A program made the position numbers and the translations under genes. A DNA stretch of 64,000 nucleotides from a virus. Of this stretch, positions 27,002 through 36,853 are shown piece by piece. Each line of letters starts with the position of its first letter. Position 1 is the first letter of the stretch. The notes under the pieces were generated by a model. It did not search any database, had not been told where the DNA came from, and saw only the letters and a list, made by a program, of their open reading frames with translations. The DNA lies in IMG/VR virus record IMGVR_UViG_3300042868_005520, positions 49,198 through 113,197 of that record. One strand, 5' to 3'.

Positions 27002-29329
27002 TCACTTCTTTGCTTGGGCATCCGTCTTCTTGTTCATAGTTTCGCGTTGCTTTACATCAACCTTCCACAAATCCCAATCAGATAGTTTTCGATTTTGTGG
27101 CATCTTGGATTCCGTTTCAGTAATGCAGATCATACCAACATCGGTAAAGTCCGCAGACTCCCAAATCATATCATTGCCACGATCAAGCACCATGCGGCGG
27201 GTCTTTTTATTTATGATCTGCAAGCCAGTACCTGCAACATTCAGTTCTACTTGATTAGCACCCATCATAAACACAACGGATCCCATTACGCGAGTCTTCT
27301 TGATCTTGACAGAAGTTTCCTTGCCGTCCTTCTTGCCGTAAATTTCAAAGGTTGTTCCCTCTGGCTTCTTGTTTGCAAGTGCAACTAGATCAGCAGCAGT
27401 CTTTTCGTTCTTCGCGATTGTGTTTCCTGCAACAGCATCACGAGTTACCTGTGATGCAACGCTTGCAATCTGTTTGCCGTGTGAATCTGAGCGGTTGGTT
27501 CCTCTACCAATACGAGCACCCACACCAAATGTATCGGGAGCGTCTCCCTCGATCTTTGGCTTCTTCATCTTTGGCTTTGCCGCAGCCTCGGAAAGACTAT
27601 CGTGGTACGCATTGAAACTTGTCATTACCGCACTCACGCTTTGATTCTCGCGTCCCATCAATTTGGAAACCTTGTGCTTCTTGAGGATCTGCTTGATCTT
27701 GGCTTCCTGTTGGGCAGGAGTCATACTGTTCTCTGCCTCTAGATTCATTACCTTCTTCAAGTCTTCAATCGCCCCATCAGGAAGAGCGTAGATCCAGTCT
27801 TCAAGAGCAGCCTTCATGCCACCTTCATTCAACTTTACAGAAACAGATTCGTGAAGTGATTGTGTGATACGACTGATACGACCGCTTCCGAACTTGCTCA
27901 TGTGATATCCTTCTGTCTTTGCCTTGGGCTTTTCTTTGATTGCTTCACCACCACGGGTCTGACTCATCAGCCCCACACTCTTCTGAAATCCATTAGAGAA
28001 CTTAATCATGTCTTCCACAGCAACAGGCTTACCACCTTTAGTAATGGTTCGCGTCTTCATCGTGGTGTTTGCACCGCTTCCGTTTGCAATATCCATTGCA
28101 CACTGTGCAGCCCAACGGTGGTGTCCGTCAATAACATAACCGTCACTCACATAAATTGGTTCAAGAAGGCGCGATGCTGCTTTGCCGTAGTTCGTGGGAT
28201 CCGCTGCGGCAGCAGCAAGAGTTCCGTACATTCCTGCAACCTTCTCACCTTTCAATTGACCTTGAATTGGTTTTAGTGAAGTCACATCTACTTCTTCTTC
28301 CTTTACCTCGTATCCCGAATCTTCAAGAGCCTTACGGTACTCTTTTTCCATATTGATTTCACTCTTCAAGTCTTCGGGTGTTACTTGATCAGGAGTAGTG
28401 TACCCCTTGCTTGCCATGAGAGCCTTGTACGCAACCGATTCGGTATTCTTCGGATCAACCTGTGAAGAAAACTGTGGCATCTCTTCGCGAGGAATACCCT
28501 TGGTGACTTTTTCCTTTGTCTTTGCGTCAAAGCAGAATCCAATATGTGAGAATACTTCCGAGCACAATTCAAAATCGTATGCAGTTTGTCCACGCATTGC
28601 CGATAGAGCAGCGTGGTTCAGTTCATCAATAAAGTCGCGTTCTGCTTGTGCATCACCGAATACAGATTCCGAATCATCCTTTGGACCAGCAAGTTCTTTT
28701 TGGTGAATGGCTTTTGCAACCACATTGGCTTTACGAATGTCTGGCTTTGCAGCAGCCTTCTCCGTAGCCTTTGCGTCTTTTGCGAATGCGCCGTCCATTT
28801 TTGTGGTTGGATTCTTTGTGCCAACATTACTTAGTTGCGCTGTTTCGGCATCTAGTGCTTTCGGCGGTTCGTTTGTTTGGCTACTTTGCGGTTGTGCTTG
28901 ATACTTCGGATCAGCGGTTGTCGCTTTCGCTTGGGTGGCGGGAGTTCCTCGTCCATTGGGTTCGGCTGCTGCTGTGGGTTTTCCTGCATTCGACTTTGGT
29001 GCTCCTGTTGCTGAAGGCTTTTGTTCGAATCCGTCCTTGTCCAATTCTACAGACTGTGAAGTATCTCCTGGTTTGTCTACTCGTCCTGCGGGTGCAGACT
29101 TACCTGCAATCCACGCCTTGGCTGTTTCATCTGAATCAAAGTAATCAGTAACTCCGTCTTTGTTCTTGGCTCCCCATGCTCCGCTTGCTGTTTGCCATGT
29201 TTTACCCTTCTCGCGTCCACCTAAAACCCCGCCGAGTTTCTTCTCTGCGGATTTCACTGGCTTTACGGCTGTCTGAACTTCAAGAATAACTGAGTGCAGA
29301 CTTTTATATGGTTCAATGTCCATGTTCAA
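27002..29329 (-). CDS. modular protein with WGAKN mini-domain and ParB/Srx-like domain
   Basis: LKPIQ...YVIDGHHRWAA; LHE, LNE, LSE junctions. Confidence 0.7.
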   Translation of the reverse strand: MNMDIEPYKSLHSVILEVQTAVKPVKSAEKKLGGVLGGREKGKTWQTASGAWGAKNKDGVTDYFDSDETAKAWIAGKSAPAGRVDKPGDTSQSVELDKDGFEQKPSATGAPKSNAGKPTAAAEPNGRGTPATQAKATTADPKYQAQPQSSQTNEPPKALDAETAQLSNVGTKNPTTKMDGAFAKDAKATEKAAAKPDIRKANVVAKAIHQKELAGPKDDSESVFGDAQAERDFIDELNHAALSAMRGQTAYDFELCSEVFSHIGFCFDAKTKEKVTKGIPREEMPQFSSQVDPKNTESVAYKALMASKGYTTPDQVTPEDLKSEINMEKEYRKALEDSGYEVKEEEVDVTSLKPIQGQLKGEKVAGMYGTLAAAAADPTNYGKAASRLLEPIYVSDGYVIDGHHRWAAQCAMDIANGSGANTTMKTRTITKGGKPVAVEDMIKFSNGFQKSVGLMSQTRGGEAIKEKPKAKTEGYHMSKFGSGRISRITQSLHESVSVKLNEGGMKAALEDWIYALPDGAIEDLKKVMNLEAENSMTPAQQEAKIKQILKKHKVSKLMGRENQSVSAVMTSFNAYHDSLSEAAAKPKMKKPKIEGDAPDTFGVGARIGRGTNRSDSHGKQIASVASQVTRDAVAGNTIAKNEKTAADLVALANKKPEGTTFEIYGKKDGKETSVKIKKTRVMGSVVFMMGANQVELNVAGTGLQIINKKTRRMVLDRGNDMIWESADFTDVGMICITETESKMPQNRKLSDWDLWKVDVKQRETMNKKTDAQAKK

Positions 29330-29425
29330 ACTCCAAGAGAAGAAAGTCTAAAATTAAAAGGGGAAGTTGGTGGTGTATTCCACCTTTCCAACTCCCCCTC
29401 TATTGTGTCAATCCAAGTCAAACTA

Positions 29426-30151
29426 TTAGGAAACAGTCCAAGTACCACTACCACCCGCTGGAGAGGTGTAGTAGATGGCTGCGGTGAATCCGTTATTCAC
29501 CCGCGTTCCTCGTGCATATCCTTCAAAAGTACTTCCTGCAATACCCGAAGTACCGCGAGTCACACCAACGGTAGTGACATCGAATGCTGCACCTGTGGCG
29601 TAAGTACTAGCCACGGTTCCGTTCACACGGAAAGCGGCTGTTCCGCCAGCGGCAGCAGAGGTTGCTCCACCTGCGGCTACAACATAGAATGCATCCGAGA
29701 ACACGATTCGATCATTAGGCTGTACGCTGATTGGTCCACGCGCAGTGAAAGTGTTTCCTGTGGTGTACGAAAGAGCAAGAGTAACACCTGATGCCATTGT
29801 TGCTCGATAGTCTGCACCGTTACGAACAAACTTCTTCAGATAGATACCAACCGTTTGTCCTTCAAGCGCACCAAGAACAATGCCGTTTGCCATTGTTTCG
29901 CCACGAGGATTCTGAAGTGCAGCACGCATTCCTGTTGCGTAGGACGGCAGAACCGTTCCAAACGGAGGAAATCCTGCGCCTGTGGTCAGACCCGTGATGC
30001 CGAAACCCAGTTTTCTGGCGTAGTTCTCAAGCATCTTCGCGCCTGTGGTTCCTGCGGCACCAGTTAAACCATGCGATGTGAATAGATGTGCTAATTGGTT
30101 GCCGAGTTTATTCGCCTTGGCGAGTTCGACTGAATCTGCTGTGAATGCCAT
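29426..30151 (-). CDS. G-x-T-rich virion protein
   Basis: SD AGGAG, TAAATA upstream (~30190), downstream hairpin 29358-29400. Confidence 0.6.
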   Translation of the reverse strand: MAFTADSVELAKANKLGNQLAHLFTSHGLTGAAGTTGAKMLENYARKLGFGITGLTTGAGFPPFGTVLPSYATGMRAALQNPRGETMANGIVLGALEGQTVGIYLKKFVRNGADYRATMASGVTLALSYTTGNTFTARGPISVQPNDRIVFSDAFYVVAAGGATSAAAGGTAAFRVNGTVASTYATGAAFDVTTVGVTRGTSGIAGSTFEGYARGTRVNNGFTAAIYYTSPAGGSGTWTVS

Positions 30152-30235
30152 AAGAGGTTCTCCTTTGAGTGATTTTGGCTTGTCGCTATTATTTAGCATA
30201 CGCGAAGCCTCGCCTCGCGCTAATAGGGTGAATAC

Positions 30236-31084
30236 CTATAGTGTTTTCGTGAACGCCTGTGCTGCTGAACGAGAATCAAAATATTGAACGGAGCCGCTCT
30301 CGTTCTTTGCTCCCCATTTTTTGTTTTCGGTACGCCATACGGTGCCCACAGGGAACTGCTGTCCTGCTGTTGCGGTTCGTCTTACTTCGGGTGGATCAAT
30401 CTTGCCCTGTTTGCCACGGAGTGAAACGGTGGTGCGTACAATCTTTTGCAGTTGGCGGACACGCTTCTCCTGCTCAGGAGTTCGTTTTACCCCTTGCAGT
30501 GCTTCTAGTTCCGCTTCTCCTGAGTCTCCAAGCCACACGCCGCTTTCCATGCCTGACTTGAACCGCTGCATTCTAGTGGGAGTCATGACCTGTATATTCT
30601 TCATTGCTTCTGCGTCTTGCATGAGTCCACGCCAAATACTTTCTCCGCCAGCAGACTGTACGCCACCCGTAACAATGGTGTACCCCTTCCCATTCAGGAA
30701 CTTGTACAGGCTTTGGGCAAGAGAAAATCCAATTGCACTGCTGCGGTACTCTTTTCCTGCCGTAATCATTGTGACTCGCCATCCACTGCTTCCCGTCTTG
30801 CTGCTACGCTTCATTGTGAGTTCCACAGCCACCGTGTTCGTGGGGCGATGCACAACCAATACAACTAGTTGAGGAGCCGCCGTAGTCTTGGACAAGAACA
30901 CACTAAAATCGTTTCCGATTTGTCCAATGCGGCGAACAGCCTTCTTTGTAGACTTGCCTTCATCCTTTGCGTCATCAGCAATATTCTTTAAGTGTTTACT
31001 TGCACGCAAGCCCACACTACCACCAGCCACTCGTGACACGAGTACTGATTCAATCTCATTTAATATTTGAGAGAATGATTTCAT
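30236..31084 (-). CDS. capsid-targeted GNAT-like protein with WGAKN mini-domain
   Basis: MKSFSQILNE; YRSS..G...SLY...TIVTGGVQSAGGESIW GNAT pattern. Confidence 0.65.
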   Translation of the reverse strand: MKSFSQILNEIESVLVSRVAGGSVGLRASKHLKNIADDAKDEGKSTKKAVRRIGQIGNDFSVFLSKTTAAPQLVVLVVHRPTNTVAVELTMKRSSKTGSSGWRVTMITAGKEYRSSAIGFSLAQSLYKFLNGKGYTIVTGGVQSAGGESIWRGLMQDAEAMKNIQVMTPTRMQRFKSGMESGVWLGDSGEAELEALQGVKRTPEQEKRVRQLQKIVRTTVSLRGKQGKIDPPEVRRTATAGQQFPVGTVWRTENKKWGAKNESGSVQYFDSRSAAQAFTKTL

Positions 31085-31590
31085 TTCTTTACCAGTGCGT
31101 ACATCTGCACAAACTGATCGCTTGACTGATCCTTTAATCTATATCCGTGCTGTCCTGCAAATCGCTTTATCATGGAATCGTACAGGCGAACGCGAGAATC
31201 ATTTTTCTTTTTCTCTTTTGCTGCCGTAAAACGAATTACCTCTGGATCGTATTCTTCGATGAGTTGTTTCATAGCCGCAAGGGCTGTTGCGAATATTCGT
31301 CCTGTTTCGGATTTCATCTCCGCTTCCTGATCTGGTGGTGGCGAAGCCTCATCATCCACAGTGAATCCAAACACCCAACCCGCAATGGTGCCCTCGTCTC
31401 TTCGACGATCAGATTCACCGTATCGGATGGGGCGACCATACGCTTCAAACAAATGCGGCTTTCCGTCCACCAACCAGTTTCCGTACCACACCACACCACC
31501 ATGATTCAGGTACAGCGGTGTCTTCACCATTGTTAATGGGATAGGAGTTGAGTTGAAGATTTCTTGAAGATGCTGTCGAAATGCTTTCAT
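31081..31590 (-). CDS. capsid-targeted protein, paralog family (GNAT/DUF6934-like)
   Basis: MKAFRQHLQE; RIFAT...SRVRLYDSMIKRFA..HGY. Confidence 0.65.
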   Translation of the reverse strand: MKAFRQHLQEIFNSTPIPLTMVKTPLYLNHGGVVWYGNWLVDGKPHLFEAYGRPIRYGESDRRRDEGTIAGWVFGFTVDDEASPPPDQEAEMKSETGRIFATALAAMKQLIEEYDPEVIRFTAAKEKKKNDSRVRLYDSMIKRFAGQHGYRLKDQSSDQFVQMYALVKK

Positions 31591-32813
31591 AGTGACTGCC
31601 TCTTGACTTTACCGTGAAGTTGACGATCATATCTATTGGCGCGGTAGTCCATTGGAACATCAACTTCTTTGTTTGCGTTACGGTCGTACTGTGTACGCAC
31701 TCCTCCAACCACAACGGAAAGAATAAGATTTTCTATGAATGCGGTATCACCCAATATAATCTTGGGTAGTTCTTCTTTTGCCTTTACCGATCCAATGTAG
31801 CCCATGAGCATCCAACCTTCAGTTGTTTGAATGCGAACACGCCAACGCCAAACCTTTGCACTGTCTTTCCAATACGGAGAGTCTTTGGACGAACTAGGTG
31901 TGTAGTTTTTACCGTCTATGCGAACTGTTTTGGGAGCATTGAAATTCTTCATGGACTTTACAGGCACACCGTACACAGGATACAACTCTACAATCTTTCC
32001 ACTAATATTAAATGGACGAGCGTAGTACTCCTTCTTTGGACGCGGAATGTCGCCGTGCTCCACTCCTTCGCTCATGCCCCGCCTCCACTTGTTGTTGTCT
32101 TTGGAGCGATTGGTTGCGCGAGTCACGAGTCGAATGTTCTTCTTGCCGTTGTTCAGCGCGTTGCCGTCCTTGTGGTCAATCTCGCGTCCATCGGTGCTTT
32201 TTCCTTCGCGTCCCATCTTGCGAAGAATACGCTTGCGCGATGTTTTCTTTTTCATTGCAATGCGCTGCTTGGGCGTGGGGTTTGCACCACCGTACATCTT
32301 GGCGTACTCTGCTTTGTAGTCGCGGTCTTCTGCAAGTTTAGCCGTGGTCACGGTTCGCTGTTCAGCACGGCGGCGACCGTAAACTTCGGTGTTTGCAATC
32401 TTGTACCCGTACTGCTTGCCGAAACGGCGCATCAGTGCACTGTACACCGCATCGCGCTTGCCTTCGGAGGTCTTGGATATCATGTCTAACTGTTTGGGTA
32501 ATTGATTAAATGTTTCCATGTGCCACTTCAAGAACATCTGCACCGCTTCCACAACTGTAGCCAGTATGCGATACGGCTTTCCTGCGTGTGTGAGTTCGTG
32601 TGAGCCATCCAAGGTGAAATTGATTTCCCACCCTTGGTTAATCTTTGTGATATCAATGTTCAAATACTGTGGTATTCCCAAATACGGGTCAGCATCGGTT
32701 TGTGCTTGGTATGTGATTTCAATTACACTGCTCTGCCATCCAATACGCTTTAGTTCACGCACAGAGAAAGGCTTATCGAATAGTTCGGTAAGGTAGGAGC
32801 GGAAGTCAATCAC
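31587..32813 (-). CDS. capsid-targeted polyprotein: paralog domain + HNH endonuclease + unknown domain
   Basis: MIDFRSYLTE; IDHKDGNALNNGKKNIRLVTRATN; LAE/MSE junctions. Confidence 0.7.
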   Translation of the reverse strand: MIDFRSYLTELFDKPFSVRELKRIGWQSSVIEITYQAQTDADPYLGIPQYLNIDITKINQGWEINFTLDGSHELTHAGKPYRILATVVEAVQMFLKWHMETFNQLPKQLDMISKTSEGKRDAVYSALMRRFGKQYGYKIANTEVYGRRRAEQRTVTTAKLAEDRDYKAEYAKMYGGANPTPKQRIAMKKKTSRKRILRKMGREGKSTDGREIDHKDGNALNNGKKNIRLVTRATNRSKDNNKWRRGMSEGVEHGDIPRPKKEYYARPFNISGKIVELYPVYGVPVKSMKNFNAPKTVRIDGKNYTPSSSKDSPYWKDSAKVWRWRVRIQTTEGWMLMGYIGSVKAKEELPKIILGDTAFIENLILSVVVGGVRTQYDRNANKEVDVPMDYRANRYDRQLHGKVKRQSL

Positions 32814-33289
32814 GCTGCACCTCGCTTTGGCTTTATGCGTTCAAGCACAAACATATTTTCGAAATAGTCTTCTTCGTTCTTAATCAACTTGTATCCGTAC
32901 TGTGGAGCAAACCGCTTGATCATTGCCGTGTACACACGGGATCTTGATGTGGGTCTGTCCTGCTGAAGAGTTCGGTCAAAGTCTTGTTTGCTTGCAGTAA
33001 ATTTAAAGTACTTTGGGCGATCACTTTTTTTCTCCATGAACCGCTTGAACGCATCCATTACTGATGCAAATACTCTTGCGCCATCGCCTTCGGCACGAAT
33101 GCCTGTGTCTCCGTCCACATCAAAGGAAACTATTATAGTTTCTTCGGTGGGATACCTGTTAAAGAGTACTTCAAGTATTCCACCCTTTGCACCCGTATAG
33201 GAGTACCTCTTGCTTGATACGCCAGCCTCTTTCACAAAGGTGAACGGCTCATCAAAGAGTTCGGTGATGTAGGAGCGAAATGCTTTCAT
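32810..33289 (-). CDS. capsid-targeted protein, paralog family
   Basis: MKAFRSYITE; EGDGARVFASVMDAF...SRSRVYTAMIKRFA. Confidence 0.7.
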   Translation of the reverse strand: MKAFRSYITELFDEPFTFVKEAGVSSKRYSYTGAKGGILEVLFNRYPTEETIIVSFDVDGDTGIRAEGDGARVFASVMDAFKRFMEKKSDRPKYFKFTASKQDFDRTLQQDRPTSRSRVYTAMIKRFAPQYGYKLIKNEEDYFENMFVLERIKPKRGAA

Positions 33290-33291
33290 GG

Positions 33292-33792
33292 TTACTCAGA
33301 GAATGCAGGAGAATACTGGTCGCCCAAACCTTTTTTACGAACAATAAAAATCATTACCTTTTTTCTTTCGTTTGACGAACTCAACTCGTATCCGTATTTA
33401 GGGGCAAACCGTTTAATCATTGCGGAGTACACACGCGCTCTTGATGTGGGACGGGTTTCCATGCTAACACTATCCCAGTCTTCTTTGTTTGCACTAAACT
33501 CAAAGTAGTCAGGCTGATTCTTTTTCAAGAACCGCCCAAACGCGTCCATTACTGATGCAAATATTCTTGGGGCATCGCCTTCACCACGAACAGCAATAGA
33601 TCCACCCACATCAAAGTCCACATACACAGAGTCGCCTTGATTGCTGAAGTTTACTTCAAGAGGTCCACCCTCTGCGCCTTTGTACTCGTAGGTCATTGTT
33701 CCTGGCTTTTGCCAGTTTTTATCTGCTGTGGTTTTGACTAGCCTGAACGGCTTGTCAAACATTTCGCGGAGGTGCTGGCGGAATGAATTCAT
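33292..33792 (-). CDS. capsid-targeted protein, paralog family
   Basis: MNSFRQHLRE; EGDAPRIFASVMDAF...SRARVYSAMIKRFA. Confidence 0.7.
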   Translation of the reverse strand: MNSFRQHLREMFDKPFRLVKTTADKNWQKPGTMTYEYKGAEGGPLEVNFSNQGDSVYVDFDVGGSIAVRGEGDAPRIFASVMDAFGRFLKKNQPDYFEFSANKEDWDSVSMETRPTSRARVYSAMIKRFAPKYGYELSSSNERKKVMIFIVRKKGLGDQYSPAFSE

Positions 33793-34361
33793 ATCACGCC
33801 TTCCACATCATTGTCAACCACGGTGTAGCCTGGGAACATACGCGCAAGGTTGTTCATCACGCGGTTCTTGCCCCGTTGAAGCGCACGATCACGCAGCAGA
33901 TTCTCGCCTGTTGCGGCAGAGATAATGGAAACAGTTTTACGAAAGCGATCCACGCGTCCTTGGTAGTCTGTCATGCCGCTGTAGTTGGGTGCCTTCTTCG
34001 CAGCAGCAAGGTATTCAGGAATGTCACCGTGAATCACATCCTGCGCGGTTTCGCTTGGCGGAATTTCGTACACCACAATCTTGCCACCGTCCCACCACCA
34101 CAGCAGCGGCAAGTACGAGCGCAGAGTCTTTACATCACTTGTGGGTGGAAGCCCCCACTTCTCAAGCCAACGCGCATTGGGGTTGTCGTGCCCTGTATCC
34201 GTGTACGATGCGTACTGTTTGCCGTCATAGGTGGTTTCGCCACGCAACCGCTGGAGCGTCTTGGCAGCAATAGTCTTGTAGCCCTTGGGCTTGCGGACAC
34301 CCTTCACGGCTTTGGTGGCAGAGATCACGGCTTCGCGAAGATGTTGACGGAATGTATGCAT
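33789..34361 (-). CDS. capsid-targeted hypothetical protein
   Basis: MHTFRQHLRE; TAAATA 5 nt upstream. Confidence 0.65.
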   Translation of the reverse strand: MHTFRQHLREAVISATKAVKGVRKPKGYKTIAAKTLQRLRGETTYDGKQYASYTDTGHDNPNARWLEKWGLPPTSDVKTLRSYLPLLWWWDGGKIVVYEIPPSETAQDVIHGDIPEYLAAAKKAPNYSGMTDYQGRVDRFRKTVSIISAATGENLLRDRALQRGKNRVMNNLARMFPGYTVVDNDVEGVI

Positions 34362-34375
34362 CTCCATATTTAGCA

Positions 34376-34399
34376 AAAGAAAAACCCCCTTGCGGGGGC
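34376..34399 (-). terminator. terminator
   Basis: Minus strand CCCC-GCAA-GGGG followed by T run. Confidence 0.65.
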
Positions 34400-34406
34400 T
34401 AATCGT

Positions 34407-35144
34407 TTACGAGTTCAGGTACTGAGAGTACCCGTTCTCTAGGAAGATGTTCTTCTCTGTGCGGGGCACCAAACCTATTTCAATAATTGCTGCTTCGGGT
34501 TCGGATCCCACCACATCCCGCACCTCTCGGAGTGCGCTCTTGATGGAGTCACGGGATATGCCTTCAATGATTGGGGAGGGTGAGTTCGCAGAGAACTTTC
34601 GTGCGTACACTTTCAGCCACCCCTTCATGTACGCAAGCCGCTGCACATGGTAGGCAAGATCAATGTACAGTTCCTTGATACGCTGCCCAACGAGTTCGGG
34701 AGTCCAGTCTATTACGATTCCGTCCCGTGAGAACGCTAGTACCCTTCGGGAAGTTAGCCACTCCCCTTCTGCTGCCAGTGCCTTTTTCAATTCTGCTGGC
34801 GAGATGCCGAACCGCTCTGGATGGTTTACTATTTGGGTAACATGGAACTCCCCCTCACCCCCAAAGGTGAACCACGGTTTCGTGGGATGCCACCACCCTG
34901 CATTGGTGCTTGTAGCCCACTGGTAGGGAGCGCGTGAAGGCTTTCGTGCGCCCCGTTCACGCTGATGCCTGGCAAGATCTCGTGCTGCCATCCTTGCCAT
35001 GACTCCACCGTACAGGCGGGTTTGGCGGCGGGAGTACAGCAAGTCCTTACGAGACTGCGGAGCAGTATCACGGGGAGGCGTGTACGCGTTGGGATTGTCC
35101 TGAATCTCTAGCCGCTCGGAGATGTACTGCCTGAACGGAATCAC
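34407..35144 (-). CDS. capsid-targeted hypothetical protein
   Basis: MIPFRQYISE leader. Confidence 0.65.
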   Translation of the reverse strand: MIPFRQYISERLEIQDNPNAYTPPRDTAPQSRKDLLYSRRQTRLYGGVMARMAARDLARHQRERGARKPSRAPYQWATSTNAGWWHPTKPWFTFGGEGEFHVTQIVNHPERFGISPAELKKALAAEGEWLTSRRVLAFSRDGIVIDWTPELVGQRIKELYIDLAYHVQRLAYMKGWLKVYARKFSANSPSPIIEGISRDSIKSALREVRDVVGSEPEAAIIEIGLVPRTEKNIFLENGYSQYLNS

Positions 35145-35512
35145 CCCTCGGATCCCTCGTCTAGTACACTTCCCGCACCCTTGGAGCGGAGCAGTCCACG
35201 AATGTCGGCGAGTTCACGAGCGGCATCCCGATCACCCTTCACCACTAGCCCTTCGTACTTCGTTTTCAATTCACGCAGACGGGTGGTGGTCATCTTCTCT
35301 AGTTGGGCGCGAGTATGGGATTCCTGTACAGGTTTCGCCTTTACGAATTTACCAATAGTCTTGTGTAACTTCTTGTGTGCGGCTTCACCAGCGGCACCAG
35401 GTAATTCTTTTAAGTCTTGGGCTTCTGCTGCCTTGAGTTCTGCCTTTGTGACTTCTTGAACAGTGCGAGTAAAGTCGGGAAGGCGGTCAGTAGTGAATGG
35501 ATTAGGTTTCAT
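35141..35512 (-). CDS. hypothetical protein
   Basis: SD AGGAG; VQE junctions. Confidence 0.6.
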   Translation of the reverse strand: MKPNPFTTDRLPDFTRTVQEVTKAELKAAEAQDLKELPGAAGEAAHKKLHKTIGKFVKAKPVQESHTRAQLEKMTTTRLRELKTKYEGLVVKGDRDAARELADIRGLLRSKGAGSVLDEGSEG

Positions 35513-35729
35513 TTGTACGGTTCTCCTGTGAAATTATGTAGGCGCGTACAGGATCTGATTCCCCACTCCACCGCAGCATACGATTAAAGAATTCACGCCG
35601 CCGCTCGCATCCTGTACAGCCGCTGATCCCCATAGCAGAGGTAAGAGTATGAAGCGCATCACCTAATCCCCGTACAGGAGGCGTTTGAGGAGAAACCGCA
35701 TTAGGAGGTTGTGGAAGAGGATCTGCCAT
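35502..35729 (-). CDS. small GLGD...CxxC protein
   Basis: GLGDALH...GCTGCERRR; TAAATA upstream. Confidence 0.6.
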   Translation of the reverse strand: MADPLPQPPNAVSPQTPPVRGLGDALHTLTSAMGISGCTGCERRREFFNRMLRWSGESDPVRAYIISQENRTNET

Positions 35730-35870
35730 GATTATTTAAAAGTATGCCCCGTGTTTCCCCCACAATACGGTGCCTTTCGAAAGGGTTGAAATAATGGGGG
35801 AAGCCCCTGTATCGCGTGGGGCGGTGTGGGGTGATGTGGGAGTGTACGCGCAAACTATTTTTTCACTGAA

Positions 35871-36158
35871 CTACTGCGCCCCATACTTTCGTCCGCGCAA
35901 TGACGCAGCACGATCTAGATTCTCTCTGTACCTCTGAGGTACACCCGCACCAATTTTTTTAGTTAACTCGCGGAACTGCGCCCCTGGTCCCACAGTGGCA
36001 TCAACTCCTGTCACGGGTGGAGTATTGAACGCACGAGCAATAGATTTTTTCTTACACTTTGCACACTTGCCCTCTAGTGGCAGATCACGGTCTGCAACAG
36101 AGTGAAACTCGTCCCATGAGTGGGTGCATTTAGTACAGGTGTATTCGTATGTGGGCAT
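35871..36158 (-). CDS. FmdB-family zinc-ribbon protein
   Basis: MPTYEYTCTKC...CAKC. Confidence 0.85.
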   Translation of the reverse strand: MPTYEYTCTKCTHSWDEFHSVADRDLPLEGKCAKCKKKSIARAFNTPPVTGVDATVGPGAQFRELTKKIGAGVPQRYRENLDRAASLRGRKYGAQ

Positions 36159-36180
36159 GATATAGATTCTCCTACTGTAT

Positions 36181-36600
36181 TTATCCCTCTTTAGCCAAGC
36201 GTTTCATGTATTTGCGGTGTTCTTTCAGGAGGAAGCACTGTTTAATTGGGAGTTTATACTGGCGACACAGGGCAATAGCCTGTTTCTCAGTGGCTTCCTC
36301 TAGTTTAAAGTAGTCTTTCTCGTTGAACACAGGGTCTTCATCACGCCATTGGATGAAATGGGCGTACTCGTGCACTAAAGTAAAGAGCCATTGGCGTGTG
36401 GAGCGTGAGCCAGTGCCCACTATAAGGGTTCCGCGCTCCCCTGCCTTGTGATCAGGAGACTGAAAGTACCCTTGAACACGGGATCCCCCGCAGTTAACGC
36501 GGAAACCAGTGGACAGCACCACTCGCACATTACATTTTTTGCATTCACGACGAACTAATTTCAGGAATTGCTGTACCCGTGGGTTCTTCATGTAGGACAT
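36181..36600 (-). CDS. HEXXH zinc-metallopeptidase-like protein
   Basis: LVHEYAH followed by LEE. Confidence 0.6.
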   Translation of the reverse strand: MSYMKNPRVQQFLKLVRRECKKCNVRVVLSTGFRVNCGGSRVQGYFQSPDHKAGERGTLIVGTGSRSTRQWLFTLVHEYAHFIQWRDEDPVFNEKDYFKLEEATEKQAIALCRQYKLPIKQCFLLKEHRKYMKRLAKEG

Positions 36601-36853
36601 AAGGCGAATCCTCCTCTCTATGTTGTCGAGTATATTGGAATCATGCGATTTAAATCCAATTAATGTATTCGTGTACTCTAATGCCGTGGATTTCCACGGG
36701 TTTTGGTAGGAATCGCGTTCTCCCTGCGCTCTCACCTGTGAAAAATTGCACAATGTAGGGGGTAAGTGGCAAATAACAGGGTCTGATAATGAAATATTCA
36801 GTATTATTGGACATTCGCCCTGTGAAAAACCCTATTTTTTCACTCCAAACGGG

